From Spirochaetia bacterium (GTDB taxonomy: Bacteria > Spirochaetota > Spirochaetia > SZUA-6 > Bin103): 64,000 nucleotides of DNA. Numbering within the stretch: position 1 is the stretch's first letter; each line of letters begins with the position of its first letter. Under the pieces are notes generated by a model, which was not told where the DNA came from, searched no databases, and saw nothing but the letters and a program-made list of their open reading frames with translations. Location: positions 128,001 to 192,000 of the forward strand of contig OZ241863.1 in NCBI GenBank assembly GCA_965203055.1, read 5' to 3'. The position numbers were made by a program, and so were the translations under genes. This document shows, piece after piece, positions 52,058-61,456 of the stretch.

Positions 52058-53547
52058 AGCGCGCGCCCGCCCGGCTCCGGGCGTGGCTTACGCGCCGCTG
52101 GACGCGTGACCGGCTGCTGCGCTCGTTCTTCACCCGCGTCAGCGGCAGCCTGTTCAGTCAGGTGCTGCTCATCGCCGCGACGCCGATCCTGACGCGGCTG
52201 TATCAGCCCGCTGACTTCGGGGTGCAGGCGGTGTACACCGCCTGCCTCGCGGCGATCGGCGTCATCGCCGGCCTCGGCTATCAGCAAGCCATTCCGCTGC
52301 CCGAAGATGACGCCGCCGCGGCCGGCCTGCTTCTGCTGTCGTTCGGCGCCGCGCTGGGAGTCGCCGGCGTCAGCGCCGCGGGCGTGGCGCTGTTCGCCGA
52401 GCCGGTCGCCGCCCTGGTGGGCGCCCCGGCTCTGGCCGCGTACTTGTGGGTGCTGCCGCTCGGCGTGCTGGTCACCTCCGGCTGTCAGCTCGGCTACCAG
52501 GCGGCGGTGCGCCGCCGCGCCATGGCGCGCCTGGCGCGGGTCTCGGTGCTGCAATCGGCGGCTGCCGCGGCGGCGCAGGTCGGCGCCGCGCCGCTCGGCG
52601 CGTTCGGTCTGATCGGCGGGCGCCTGGCGGGCCAGCTCGCGGCGCTGGCCGCCGTGGCGCAGCTACCGGTGAGTCTGGTGCGCGGCGCGTGGCCCTCCAT
52701 CCGCTGGCCCGAACTGGCGCGCCTCGGGCGCCGCTACTGGCGGTTTCCCGCCTTCAACGGAGCCGCGGCCGTCGTAACCAAGCTGACTGAACACCTGCCG
52801 GCGGTGCTGTTCGCGGCGCTGTTCGGGCCGGCCGCGGCCGGGCTCTACGCGCTGGCGCGGCGGGTGTCGCTGGCGCCGCTGGCGCCGCTCGGCCATTCGA
52901 TTGCCGACGTGCTTGGCGCGCAGGTCGGGCCGGCGCACCGCGCCGCCGCCCTGGGCCCGCTGGTGCGCCGCGGGTACCGCCTGCTGGCGGCCGTCGCCGC
53001 GCCGCCGCTGGTCGTGCTCGCCGCCAGCGGCCCGGAGCTGTTCGGCGTGGTGTTCGGGGCGCAGTGGCGCGCGGCCGGGGAGTTCGCCCGCTGGCTGACC
53101 CCCTGCGTGCTCCTGCAGGTGATCGTGGGGCCGCTGCACTACTGCTTCTCGGCGCTGCGCAAGCAGGCGCTGTTCGCGGTCTATCAGACCTGCGCGCTGG
53201 CGGCCCTGATTGCGGGGCTGCTGCTCGGGTCGCTCCTCGGCGACCAGTACGCAGGGGTCGGGGCGGCGTCCCTGCTGGCGGCGGGCTGCTACTTCCTGCT
53301 GACTTGGCATCTGTTCCGGCTGACCCGCCTCACGCTCGGCCAGGCGCTGGCGCCGCTGCTCCTCCAGGCCCTGCTCGGATTGCTGCTGGCGCTGCCGGCG
53401 ATCGCCGCGGCAGCGAGCGGGCGGGCCGGCCTCACCCTGGCCGGCGCCGGCGTCACCGCCGGGCTGCTGCTGCTGCGCTACGCGCACCTCTTCCGCGCGC
53501 GCCGCAACGAGGAGCCGCCGCCGGCCGCCGCCGCGCCGGCCGCATGA
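52051..53547 (+). CDS. Wzx-type oligosaccharide flippase
   Basis: TPILTRLYQPADFG and AAAGLYALARR; about 12-14 TMs; start uncertain (~52051). Confidence 0.85.
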   Translation: MLKRAPARLRAWLTRRWTRDRLLRSFFTRVSGSLFSQVLLIAATPILTRLYQPADFGVQAVYTACLAAIGVIAGLGYQQAIPLPEDDAAAAGLLLLSFGAALGVAGVSAAGVALFAEPVAALVGAPALAAYLWVLPLGVLVTSGCQLGYQAAVRRRAMARLARVSVLQSAAAAAAQVGAAPLGAFGLIGGRLAGQLAALAAVAQLPVSLVRGAWPSIRWPELARLGRRYWRFPAFNGAAAVVTKLTEHLPAVLFAALFGPAAAGLYALARRVSLAPLAPLGHSIADVLGAQVGPAHRAAALGPLVRRGYRLLAAVAAPPLVVLAASGPELFGVVFGAQWRAAGEFARWLTPCVLLQVIVGPLHYCFSALRKQALFAVYQTCALAALIAGLLLGSLLGDQYAGVGAASLLAAGCYFLLTWHLFRLTRLTLGQALAPLLLQALLGLLLALPAIAAAASGRAGLTLAGAGVTAGLLLLRYAHLFRARRNEEPPPAAAAPAA

Positions 53548-53556
53548 CGAGTGTTC

Positions 53557-54549
53557 TTACGCGCCGGCGGCGGTGACCTTACATCGGCGCGCCACGGTGC
53601 GCGCGAGCTCCCGAAAATCCCGGTAGCAACCGCGCACGGCGTTGGCATGGCCGCCGATGGCGCCGTCCGCCGGCTTCAGGGCGAACATGGGCTTGCGCGC
53701 CTCCTGCGCCAGTGGCATGAGGCTCCGAAAGTGCCTCAGGGTGGCGAGGCACAGGTGGTCATCTTCCATCCGCGGCCGGGGCGTGCCGGTGTCGCCGACG
53801 ACGGAGTCGTGGTATGCGCCCGGAATACGGTCCATCCAGCGTTCATATGCCATGACCGGCCGGTTCAGCCGGACCGCATGTTGGAGCACCACGTAGCCGA
53901 TCGGCTGCATGCCGCCGCCGGGGAGCTCGAGATCCGGCAAGGGATTGCGGGCCCGGCGTTCGGACCAATCCTGCCGCCACCGGCGCAGCGTCGGACCGAG
54001 ATTGCGGAGACCTTGGAGAGAGTAGAGGTCCGGGGCAAGCGGTACGACGACATAGTCCGCGGCCACCAACGCCGCGCGGTTGAGCGCGCCGATATTGGGA
54101 CCGACATCCACCAGAATCAGGTGTGCGCTACAATCCTCCGCGACCATGCGCAGTACCCGCCAGATAGCCGAAAGCACGCGAAACGCTCGTGGTTTGGCGT
54201 CGAGGCAATCCGGCCAATTGCTTCCCAGTTCGTCTTCGGCGCCGGACAACAGCAGGTCGCCGGGGATCAGTTCGATGCCGAGGGCGGGCCGTGCGACCCG
54301 CGGCTTCCGGACGTCGCCGGTTCCTTCCAGCAGCGGCCGCAGGGCAGCATGGATCGTTCCATCGGTTCCATCGGCCCACAGTCGTTCCAGATCTTCGTCT
54401 TCCAGAAACATGCTGGTGAGGTTCGCCTGCGGGTCGAGATCGGCCACGACGACGTTGTAGTCCAGGTTGGCGTACATCCAGGCGAGATGATAGACGAGCG
54501 AGGTCTTGCCAACCCCGCCCTTGTTGTTGAATACGGCGATGCTCTTCAC
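53557..54549 (-). CDS. ParA/Soj-like ATPase (orphan)
   Basis: FNNKGGVGKTS deviant Walker A, DLDPQANLT and VDVGP; GTG 54549 overlaps the upstream stop (GTGA). Confidence 0.9.
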   Translation of the reverse strand: MKSIAVFNNKGGVGKTSLVYHLAWMYANLDYNVVVADLDPQANLTSMFLEDEDLERLWADGTDGTIHAALRPLLEGTGDVRKPRVARPALGIELIPGDLLLSGAEDELGSNWPDCLDAKPRAFRVLSAIWRVLRMVAEDCSAHLILVDVGPNIGALNRAALVAADYVVVPLAPDLYSLQGLRNLGPTLRRWRQDWSERRARNPLPDLELPGGGMQPIGYVVLQHAVRLNRPVMAYERWMDRIPGAYHDSVVGDTGTPRPRMEDDHLCLATLRHFRSLMPLAQEARKPMFALKPADGAIGGHANAVRGCYRDFRELARTVARRCKVTAAGA

Positions 54550-55742
54550 GGCGCAGCCCATACGGTGACGCCGACGAGCGTCGACGCGAACCGGAACTTG
54601 GGTTGCGGATTGCCGTTCGACGCCAGCGCTTTGCGCGCGAGCGGCACGCCCAGTCCGAAGTGCTGCGCGAACCCCAGGTGGTGCATGACCTCGGCCAACA
54701 ACGGATTGCGATAATCGGTGTCGCCGGTGCCGAAAGTCTCCGGCGTGATCCTCCCGTACAGACCGCCCGGGCTGGTAATCTCGACGCGGTCGGCAAACCA
54801 GTAGACGCGCACCGGCGTGTTGGTCCCATCGTAGCTGCGATGCATGACCGCGTTGTGGGCCAGTTGCCGCAAAGCGTCCACCGGATAGTCCGGCCGCCGC
54901 CGCTCCCGCATCGACCCGGCGACCTGAGTGCGAACCGACACGCTTAGCTCCAGCAGCTCGCCGAGCCGGCGCAGCACGTCGTCCAGCCGGCCGGTGAGCT
55001 GATTCTGGCCTGCGATCGGGTCCGTGATCTCCTTCCCGAGGATTCGCAGGAACTGAATGTACGCACCCGGTACCAATGCCTGAGGGTCTCTGCCCAATGC
55101 GAGGATCGCTCCCCACGTGGGCGCGCCTGCATGCATCAGACGCAGAGAACGAAGTTGATGTTCGAGCGATCGCTCGTTCCGTTCCAGAACCTCACCGGCG
55201 ACGGCGTTCGGCAGGTATTGGTTGCCCACGAAGTCCAGGTCGAGGTCGTCGACGGTCGCGCCGGCGGCCGGTCTCATGTCGAACGGCAGATCGGAGGCCC
55301 GACGGCGTTCGCCAAGCAGGCGCTCGTCCGCCACCGATCCTTCGCGGACGGACGGTCCGACCCGGACCCACACGCGGCCATGATACCGTACCGGTGTCTC
55401 CGAGGATGGCTGGACCGTGACGACCGCCACCGCGCAGTTCCGTAACACCCGCTTCTGCACGGTCATCGACGGCAGCGGCAGAATGTCGCCGTCACCGCGA
55501 ATGTTCGCCAACCGTTTGAGCAATTCGTCATCGATCGACAACGACGCGCACGAGCCGTCATCCCGCACCCCGACCAGCACGACGCCCGGCTTGCCGTGCG
55601 CCGGCAGGTCATTGGCGAACGCGCAGATGTTCCGGCGAATCTTCCTGCCGTCGGCGGCCGTTTCCTTGCGCTCCGCCAAGTCGGACTCCAGGTCCGACAT
55701 CAGCGCCTCCAGCTCCGCGTCGGAGTAACTCGGCTCAGCCAT
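54546..55742 (-). CDS. AlbA_2 (Schlafen-like) + HATPase_c_4 protein
   Basis: ESDLAERKE, ICAFAN and GVRDDG (AlbA_2); YPVDALRQLAHNAVMHRSY, DRVEITSPGG, RNP.LA and G.G (HATPase_c_4). Confidence 0.85.
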   Translation of the reverse strand: MAEPSYSDAELEALMSDLESDLAERKETAADGRKIRRNICAFANDLPAHGKPGVVLVGVRDDGSCASLSIDDELLKRLANIRGDGDILPLPSMTVQKRVLRNCAVAVVTVQPSSETPVRYHGRVWVRVGPSVREGSVADERLLGERRRASDLPFDMRPAAGATVDDLDLDFVGNQYLPNAVAGEVLERNERSLEHQLRSLRLMHAGAPTWGAILALGRDPQALVPGAYIQFLRILGKEITDPIAGQNQLTGRLDDVLRRLGELLELSVSVRTQVAGSMRERRRPDYPVDALRQLAHNAVMHRSYDGTNTPVRVYWFADRVEITSPGGLYGRITPETFGTGDTDYRNPLLAEVMHHLGFAQHFGLGVPLARKALASNGNPQPKFRFASTLVGVTVWAAP

Positions 55743-55764
55743 CAGGATCGGCAGTCTATGCGGT

Positions 55765-57705
55765 TCACGGGGAGAACGTCGAGTCCCAGACGTGGATGTT
55801 CCCGGCCAGGTACTGACCCGTCCTGATATCGGCGATTTCGTAGTCAGGCAGCGCCACGACCGCTGCGCACCTGCCGTTCAGGAGCGCGCCGTGCGCGCCG
55901 AAGTCGAAGTCGAGGTTAGCGAAGTGGTGCCGCCGGTCCGGCAGGTCGGCGGGCTCCGACGGCACGACGTGCAGGAAGAATCGCGCCTCTACGTCGTCCG
56001 TTGCGCACGGCTCCTTGAAGTAGGTCAACGTGTTGCCGCCGGCGTCGAAATAGACGTCGAAGACCGAGCCCTCGGCGAGTCGTACCGAATCTCCGGCGAC
56101 GAGAGCCTCCAAATTGTCGGCGACGATAGCAGCCTCGAAGGCGACCCGTCGTCGATCGGCGGAGTTCTTGAGTACCTCGAAAATCGCGCCGTCGGCCAGC
56201 TCCGCGACCGGCACCAAGCCCGCCGACGCTCGCAGCAGGGCAGAGCCATAGCCATAGTAGTCATACTGCACGTCGTCGTCGAACCACACGACGTATGCGC
56301 CGTCCTGAACACCTGCAAGCCAGCGCTGCAGCTGCTCTGCCGCGACCGGCAGATCGCGAAACTCGGTTGCGTCAACGTAGAGATACACGGGGGCCCAATT
56401 GCTGTATACGACGCCCTCAAGCGGGTGCTGTCGCAGGTATTCCAGCGTCTCGGAGTCAAGCCAGTATGATGAAGCGTAGCCGCGGCAGCGGAGGCAGGAA
56501 TTGGCGCGCGCTATTTCGCGGGCGACCGGCTCGACTTGCCCGACCGTCCAGACGCAAAGCAGCGCGATGACGATGGCGCCGGCCAGTCGCGGCGGATGCT
56601 GCCGTACGGAGCTGAGCAGACGATCCAGCGTGAACGCGGCGGTGACCAGCAGCGGGACGTACAGCGGCGTCAGGAATCGGGCCTGAACCCCATGGAAGGT
56701 AGCGCCCAGCATGATCGCCGCCAGGAGCAGTAGGAGATAGATCAGCGCAAAGCCGCCGAACACGCAGCAGGGGGGCCAATCGAACGGCATCCGCGGCATC
56801 CGCCGGCGTCGCTGCGCGCCGATGACCAACCCGACCGCAACCAGCAGCCCGGCGGCCGGTACGAATCGCAGCCATTCGACCGAGACTAGCGGAAGGTCGA
56901 AGTACACCCAGTCCGCAAACCCGCGGCCGATAGCGCTCAGGACCTCCGGCAACGAATAGGGGCCGCCGTCCCGGTACCCGGTGTAGCTCCCGGCGGCCAA
57001 GCGGTTGCGTAGCAGCCACGCTGCCATCGGCGCGGTCGCGGCCAACGAGAAACCGGCGGCGCGCCGCGCGCGCTGCGCCGGCCGTGCGCCGCGCTGACCG
57101 AGCAGGAGCAGCGTGACCACGACGACGACCGCCGCGCCCAGGTAGCGGGTCTGCCACGCCAGCGCGGCCCACGCCGCCGCCCACGCCAGCGAGGAAGTCT
57201 TGTTGCGGGTCAGGTAGTCATCGGTGCGGGTCAGGGCAAGCGCGGCCAGCAGGATGAACAGGGGCTCGGTCAGCGCCCGCGATGCCAACTCCACCAGCGG
57301 GGCCGCCAGCGAGATGGCGAGAGCGGCCCATATCACCAGGACGCGCGATGCGAGGCGCCGCCGCAGGTACCGGGCGACGACGAATATGGTGATGCCGAAG
57401 AGCACGGCGTTGACCGGTCCGGCGACGGCGAGCGGGTCGAATACGTCCAGGCTGGCAACGGCCAGCAGCAGCGGGTAGAGCGGCGGCCACCAGACGTAGG
57501 GATCCCCTCGGTTGAACGTGTGGAAACCGTTGCCATCCAGCAGGTTGCGGGCTGCGGCAATGTAGCTCACCGAGTCCCAGTCCAGCGCCACGCCCCAGGT
57601 GAATTCGCTCGCCAGCACGAGGCCGGCGCCGAGCGCGGCCGCGGCGGCCAGCAGCGAGAGGTCGGCGCGCGTCCGCTCAGGCATGCGGCCGGCAGGGTGG
57701 TTCAT
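55765..57705 (-). CDS. GT-C-fold (ArnT/PMT-like) membrane glycosyltransferase with C-terminal soluble domain
   Basis: WDSVSY..AARNL, WPPLYPLLL, LTEPLF, TRYLG and RFLTP; ATG 57705 overlaps the upstream stop (ATGA). Confidence 0.78.
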   Translation of the reverse strand: MNHPAGRMPERTRADLSLLAAAAALGAGLVLASEFTWGVALDWDSVSYIAAARNLLDGNGFHTFNRGDPYVWWPPLYPLLLAVASLDVFDPLAVAGPVNAVLFGITIFVVARYLRRRLASRVLVIWAALAISLAAPLVELASRALTEPLFILLAALALTRTDDYLTRNKTSSLAWAAAWAALAWQTRYLGAAVVVVVTLLLLGQRGARPAQRARRAAGFSLAATAPMAAWLLRNRLAAGSYTGYRDGGPYSLPEVLSAIGRGFADWVYFDLPLVSVEWLRFVPAAGLLVAVGLVIGAQRRRRMPRMPFDWPPCCVFGGFALIYLLLLLAAIMLGATFHGVQARFLTPLYVPLLVTAAFTLDRLLSSVRQHPPRLAGAIVIALLCVWTVGQVEPVAREIARANSCLRCRGYASSYWLDSETLEYLRQHPLEGVVYSNWAPVYLYVDATEFRDLPVAAEQLQRWLAGVQDGAYVVWFDDDVQYDYYGYGSALLRASAGLVPVAELADGAIFEVLKNSADRRRVAFEAAIVADNLEALVAGDSVRLAEGSVFDVYFDAGGNTLTYFKEPCATDDVEARFFLHVVPSEPADLPDRRHHFANLDFDFGAHGALLNGRCAAVVALPDYEIADIRTGQYLAGNIHVWDSTFSP

Positions 57706-59687
57706 GGCGAAAACGTCACGTCCCAGAGATGGCCTTCTCCCGGCACGTACTGGCCGGTGCGGATGCGGGCGATCTGGTAGTCGGGCAGCGGCGCGACCGC
57801 GACGCACGTTCCGTCCGGCAGATTCCCGCGTTCCGAAAACGAAAAATCGAGGTTTTCGAAGGGCCACTGCAAGCGGCGCAGGGCCGACGGGAGATCGGCG
57901 AGATCCGCCGGGACGACGTGCAGGAAGAACCGCGCATCCACCTCTTTCGCCGTGCACGGCTGCCGGAAATAGGTCAACGCGCCTTCCGCGAGATAGAGGT
58001 CGAAGTTCGAGCGCGCCGCCGGCGCGCCGTAGGAGCCGGCCCGGATCGACTCGGCCACTCGTCGATACGCCGCGTCGGCCAATCGGGCTCCCGAAGGAGC
58101 CGTCAAATTCGGCCGGCTCGGCGCGACGATCCGGAATATGGCGCCATCTTCCAGGTCCGCAACCGGTTCCACGTCCGGCAACGCCGCCAGGTCGTCGTAG
58201 TCGTAGTCGTAATTCCGAAAGAGAAACGACAGGTCGAACAAGACCACGTAGGTCGATTCGGCCGGGTCTCTGTTGGCCAACTGATCCTTCACGGTCGCCA
58301 GCGACATCGCTATCGTACCGGCGCGGATATCGGTATGAAAATAGAGCGCCTGCGGGTCGCTCGACCACCAGCCGCCCGTAAGCCGATTGGCGTTCAGGTA
58401 ACGGATGACGTCGGACTCGGTCCACTCCTTCGCCGTGTAGCCGGCGCCATCCTCCAGCCACTGCCTGATGTCGTAGTAATTCGCGCCGGCCTGCCAAATC
58501 AGCCACAGCGACATGACGACCGATACCACGACGGGAACGCTCCGGGCGCGTGCGTGCGCCATGATCCGGTCCAGTACCAGCGTCGCCGCTACCAGCAGCG
58601 GCGGAAACATCGGCAACAGGTACCTGCCGGGAAGAGTCGTGTCGCCGAGCGGCAGGAATATCGCCAGAAAGAGCGCGTACGCCGCGGTGAAGACGAGAGC
58701 AACGGTCAGTACGGTGCGGTGCGCCGGCAGGAAGCCGGGCCGGCTCCGCGCAAGCGCGTACCCGACGCCGATCGCCGGCAGGATCACTATTGCCGCATTC
58801 GCGGCGACCGCAGGTACGGTGGCGGCGCCCACGCCGACAGCGCCCCCGAGCGCGGCGTTCAGCAAGTGAGATCCGGTTTGCCCCAACAACCACAAGGCGA
58901 GCTCTCCGGTCAGGTTGTGGAGGCTGACGAGAGCGGAAAACCCGTCGGGAAGGTTGTTTCCGAAAACCGATCCTATGACGAATATGTTTCGTACCAGCCA
59001 GACGCCGAACAGCGCCGTCGAAGCGGCCGACCAGATCGCTGCGTCCCGGATCCGGGTACGAACTGCAGCGTCATTCCGCAAGAGGATGGTCAGCGCTCCG
59101 GCGCCGATCAGCGTCACCCCCAGGTAGCGGGTCAGGCTGGCGGCGGCCGCAGCGACCGCCGCCAGCAGGAGCGCCGACCGTTGCCCGGTGTTCAGAAACC
59201 GTTCCAGCAGCGAGAGCGAGACCACGACGAACAGGATGAAGACGATTTCGGTCCACGCGTGAGCCGCCGCGGGGGCCAACGCCGGAGACAGCACGCACGC
59301 GCAACCCGCCCACACGGCGAGCAGCGGCGCGCGGACGTGGCGTTGCAGCCAGGCGGTGACGGCGAAGACCGTCAACCCGAACGCGGCGGCGTTGACGGAG
59401 CCGGCCGCCGCCGCGGCGTCGACACCGAAGAGACGGACCGCGCCTAACAGCAGCGGGAAGAGCGGAGCGGCGCCCTGATACCGGGTCCCGTTCCATTCCA
59501 GGAGCCCGTTTCCGGCCACCAGATTGCGGGCGACCGACAGGTATGAACCGGAGTCCCAGGTCAGCCCCACGCCGAAGTTGGCTTCCCGCAGCAGGATGAG
59601 CAGCGCGCCGAGTACGCCGAGCGCGAGCGGCGCCCATCGGGCCAGGGCGGCCGCTGCCCCGGCGTGTTGCGGCGCGGCTCCGCCCAC
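57702..59687 (-). CDS. GT-C-fold membrane glycosyltransferase, paralogue of the adjacent gene
   Basis: WDSGSY..VARNL, APLFPLLL, WTEIVF, TRYLG and RYLLP; same C-terminal domain; start about GTG 59687. Confidence 0.78.
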   Translation of the reverse strand: MGGAAPQHAGAAAALARWAPLALGVLGALLILLREANFGVGLTWDSGSYLSVARNLVAGNGLLEWNGTRYQGAAPLFPLLLGAVRLFGVDAAAAAGSVNAAAFGLTVFAVTAWLQRHVRAPLLAVWAGCACVLSPALAPAAAHAWTEIVFILFVVVSLSLLERFLNTGQRSALLLAAVAAAAASLTRYLGVTLIGAGALTILLRNDAAVRTRIRDAAIWSAASTALFGVWLVRNIFVIGSVFGNNLPDGFSALVSLHNLTGELALWLLGQTGSHLLNAALGGAVGVGAATVPAVAANAAIVILPAIGVGYALARSRPGFLPAHRTVLTVALVFTAAYALFLAIFLPLGDTTLPGRYLLPMFPPLLVAATLVLDRIMAHARARSVPVVVSVVMSLWLIWQAGANYYDIRQWLEDGAGYTAKEWTESDVIRYLNANRLTGGWWSSDPQALYFHTDIRAGTIAMSLATVKDQLANRDPAESTYVVLFDLSFLFRNYDYDYDDLAALPDVEPVADLEDGAIFRIVAPSRPNLTAPSGARLADAAYRRVAESIRAGSYGAPAARSNFDLYLAEGALTYFRQPCTAKEVDARFFLHVVPADLADLPSALRRLQWPFENLDFSFSERGNLPDGTCVAVAPLPDYQIARIRTGQYVPGEGHLWDVTFSP

Positions 59688-59697
59688 GTGGCGGCGG

Positions 59698-60390
59698 TCA
59701 GCGCTCGGAGCGCTTGCGGAAGACGGCGACGAAGCTCGAGCCGATGAGCGCCACCAGCGGCCCGTCAACGCCCCGCAACCGCATCCCCCACGGCGGAAAG
59801 ATCGAGAACCACTCGACCAGCGCAAGTCCTGCGCGGTCCGCCGCCGCGCGCATCCGCGACGGCGCATGATGGACAAGGGCGAATTGGCGGGCCGGGGCGA
59901 GGACGCGCAACCCGAAGGCCGCGGCGCGATGGACCCACGCGGCGCGATTGGCCCATACGATTACCAGCCGCCCGCCGGCGCGCAGCACCCGCGCCGCTTC
60001 CCGCAGAACGCGTTCGACCACGTCGGCGCTGCACTGTTGGGCCATCTCGACCATCACCGCCGCCTCCGCGGTAGCGTCCGCCAACGGCAGATCGGACGCG
60101 TCGCCGCAGATCGCCTGCAGCCCGTTGCGGCCGGCCTGCCGGCACGCCGCCCGGTTCAGGTCCACGCCGATGACCCGGCGCCCGGCCTGGATCAACGGCA
60201 ACGTCACCAGGCCGGAGCCGCAGCCGAGGTCCAGCACCGTGCCGGCGCCGCCGCCGACGGCGTGCAACACGAACGCTCGTTCGCGCTGAAACCAGCGTTC
60301 GGAGAGATAGCCCGATGCCCTGGCGCTGTTTTCGCCAAACCGCTGCCGCAGCGCGTCGTAATGGGCCTGACCATGATCGGTCTGTTCCAT
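59698..60390 (-). CDS. Class I SAM-dependent methyltransferase
   Basis: Motifs VLDLGCGSG, GVDL, GDASDLP and RVLRAGG; start trimmed to ATG 60390. Confidence 0.88.
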   Translation of the reverse strand: MEQTDHGQAHYDALRQRFGENSARASGYLSERWFQRERAFVLHAVGGGAGTVLDLGCGSGLVTLPLIQAGRRVIGVDLNRAACRQAGRNGLQAICGDASDLPLADATAEAAVMVEMAQQCSADVVERVLREAARVLRAGGRLVIVWANRAAWVHRAAAFGLRVLAPARQFALVHHAPSRMRAAADRAGLALVEWFSIFPPWGMRLRGVDGPLVALIGSSFVAVFRKRSER

Positions 60391-60407
60391 CTTGGACTTA
60401 AACTTAC

Positions 60408-61343
60408 TCAATAATCCGCCAGATAGCGACACAGCCGCGGGCCAGCGCGGTCGGTCACGAAGTTCGGCAATGCCCGCCAGAGCCGCTGCGCTGCCCGGTA
60501 GCGGCGGTAGGGGTCGACCGGCTTGTCGGTCAGCCACATGACCGGTACCGGACTGGCGCCGTATTTGCGCTTGAACCAGTAGGGCCCGCTGCCGGCCGGA
60601 GAGCGCCCGAAGTCGAGGATATCCGCGCCCTCGTTCACGGCATGCTCCACCATGGTCCAATACATGAGGTAGGTGGGGTGGTCGGCAGAGAGATATGCTC
60701 CTCCCCATGGAATCCAGATGATCGGGCCATCGCGCAGCCACAGAAAGCTGGCCCGCAGAGCGCCGTCCATTCGGTTCCGAACCACCGTGATCCGCGCGTC
60801 CAGCTCCGTCATCAAAGCCTCGAACAACGCCGCGGGCGGCAGCGGCGCGCCATGCCGGCCATGAGCCAGGCGCAGCATGGCGCAAAATGCCTGCACCGCG
60901 GCCGCGCCGGTCTCTTCCGCCGCTGCCAGACCGGCCCTGCGGGCGCGCTGCACGTACTTGCGCGCCGTGCGATTGAGGCCCCGTTGCCACACCGCCTCTC
61001 GATCATGGCCAAAGGCGGCCAGGTCGACCCTGAGAACCGCGGGCGATCCCGGCGGCAGTTCCCCTTCCCTGCGCGGCGGCGCCAGCGCCCGAATGTTGAA
61101 CCGACGCCCCGCCATCTCGCGCGCCAGCTCCTGCGCCTCGACCGGGTCCAGGTCGGAATAGCTCAGACCCGGCAGATAGGCGAACACCGGCTTTCCCATG
61201 AGTGCGGGAACCACGGCGAATCGACCGGCCCGCCGCCAGCGATAGACGCCGCAGGCTACCGACCGCCACGCGTCGACGAAGTCGGCGCTGTGCCTGACGG
61301 TCGATCGCGCGATTTCCGGCGCTTCGATCACGCGCCGCATCAC
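60408..61343 (-). CDS. FemAB-related GNAT-fold acyl/aminoacyl transferase
   Basis: Motifs RKYVQRA, YLMYW, LDFGRS..GSG.YWFKRKYGA and LW..LP....RAGP; start 61340-61406. Confidence 0.85.
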   Translation of the reverse strand: MMRRVIEAPEIARSTVRHSADFVDAWRSVACGVYRWRRAGRFAVVPALMGKPVFAYLPGLSYSDLDPVEAQELAREMAGRRFNIRALAPPRREGELPPGSPAVLRVDLAAFGHDREAVWQRGLNRTARKYVQRARRAGLAAAEETGAAAVQAFCAMLRLAHGRHGAPLPPAALFEALMTELDARITVVRNRMDGALRASFLWLRDGPIIWIPWGGAYLSADHPTYLMYWTMVEHAVNEGADILDFGRSPAGSGPYWFKRKYGASPVPVMWLTDKPVDPYRRYRAAQRLWRALPNFVTDRAGPRLCRYLADY

Positions 61344-61456
61344 CGGGCGAAGCGGAGGTTGGCCCTGGCGGCCAAGCCGGCGCGCCGGCCGGGCATCCGC
61401 AGGCAACTGCGGCCGACGACGGTGACGTGCATACCTAACAAATATACAATCGAAGG

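Noticed and set aside
53557..54549. ParA as evidence of a plasmid or chromosomal origin
   Set aside because: There is no parB, parS, rep or dnaA; the flanks are chromosomal housekeeping and glycan genes
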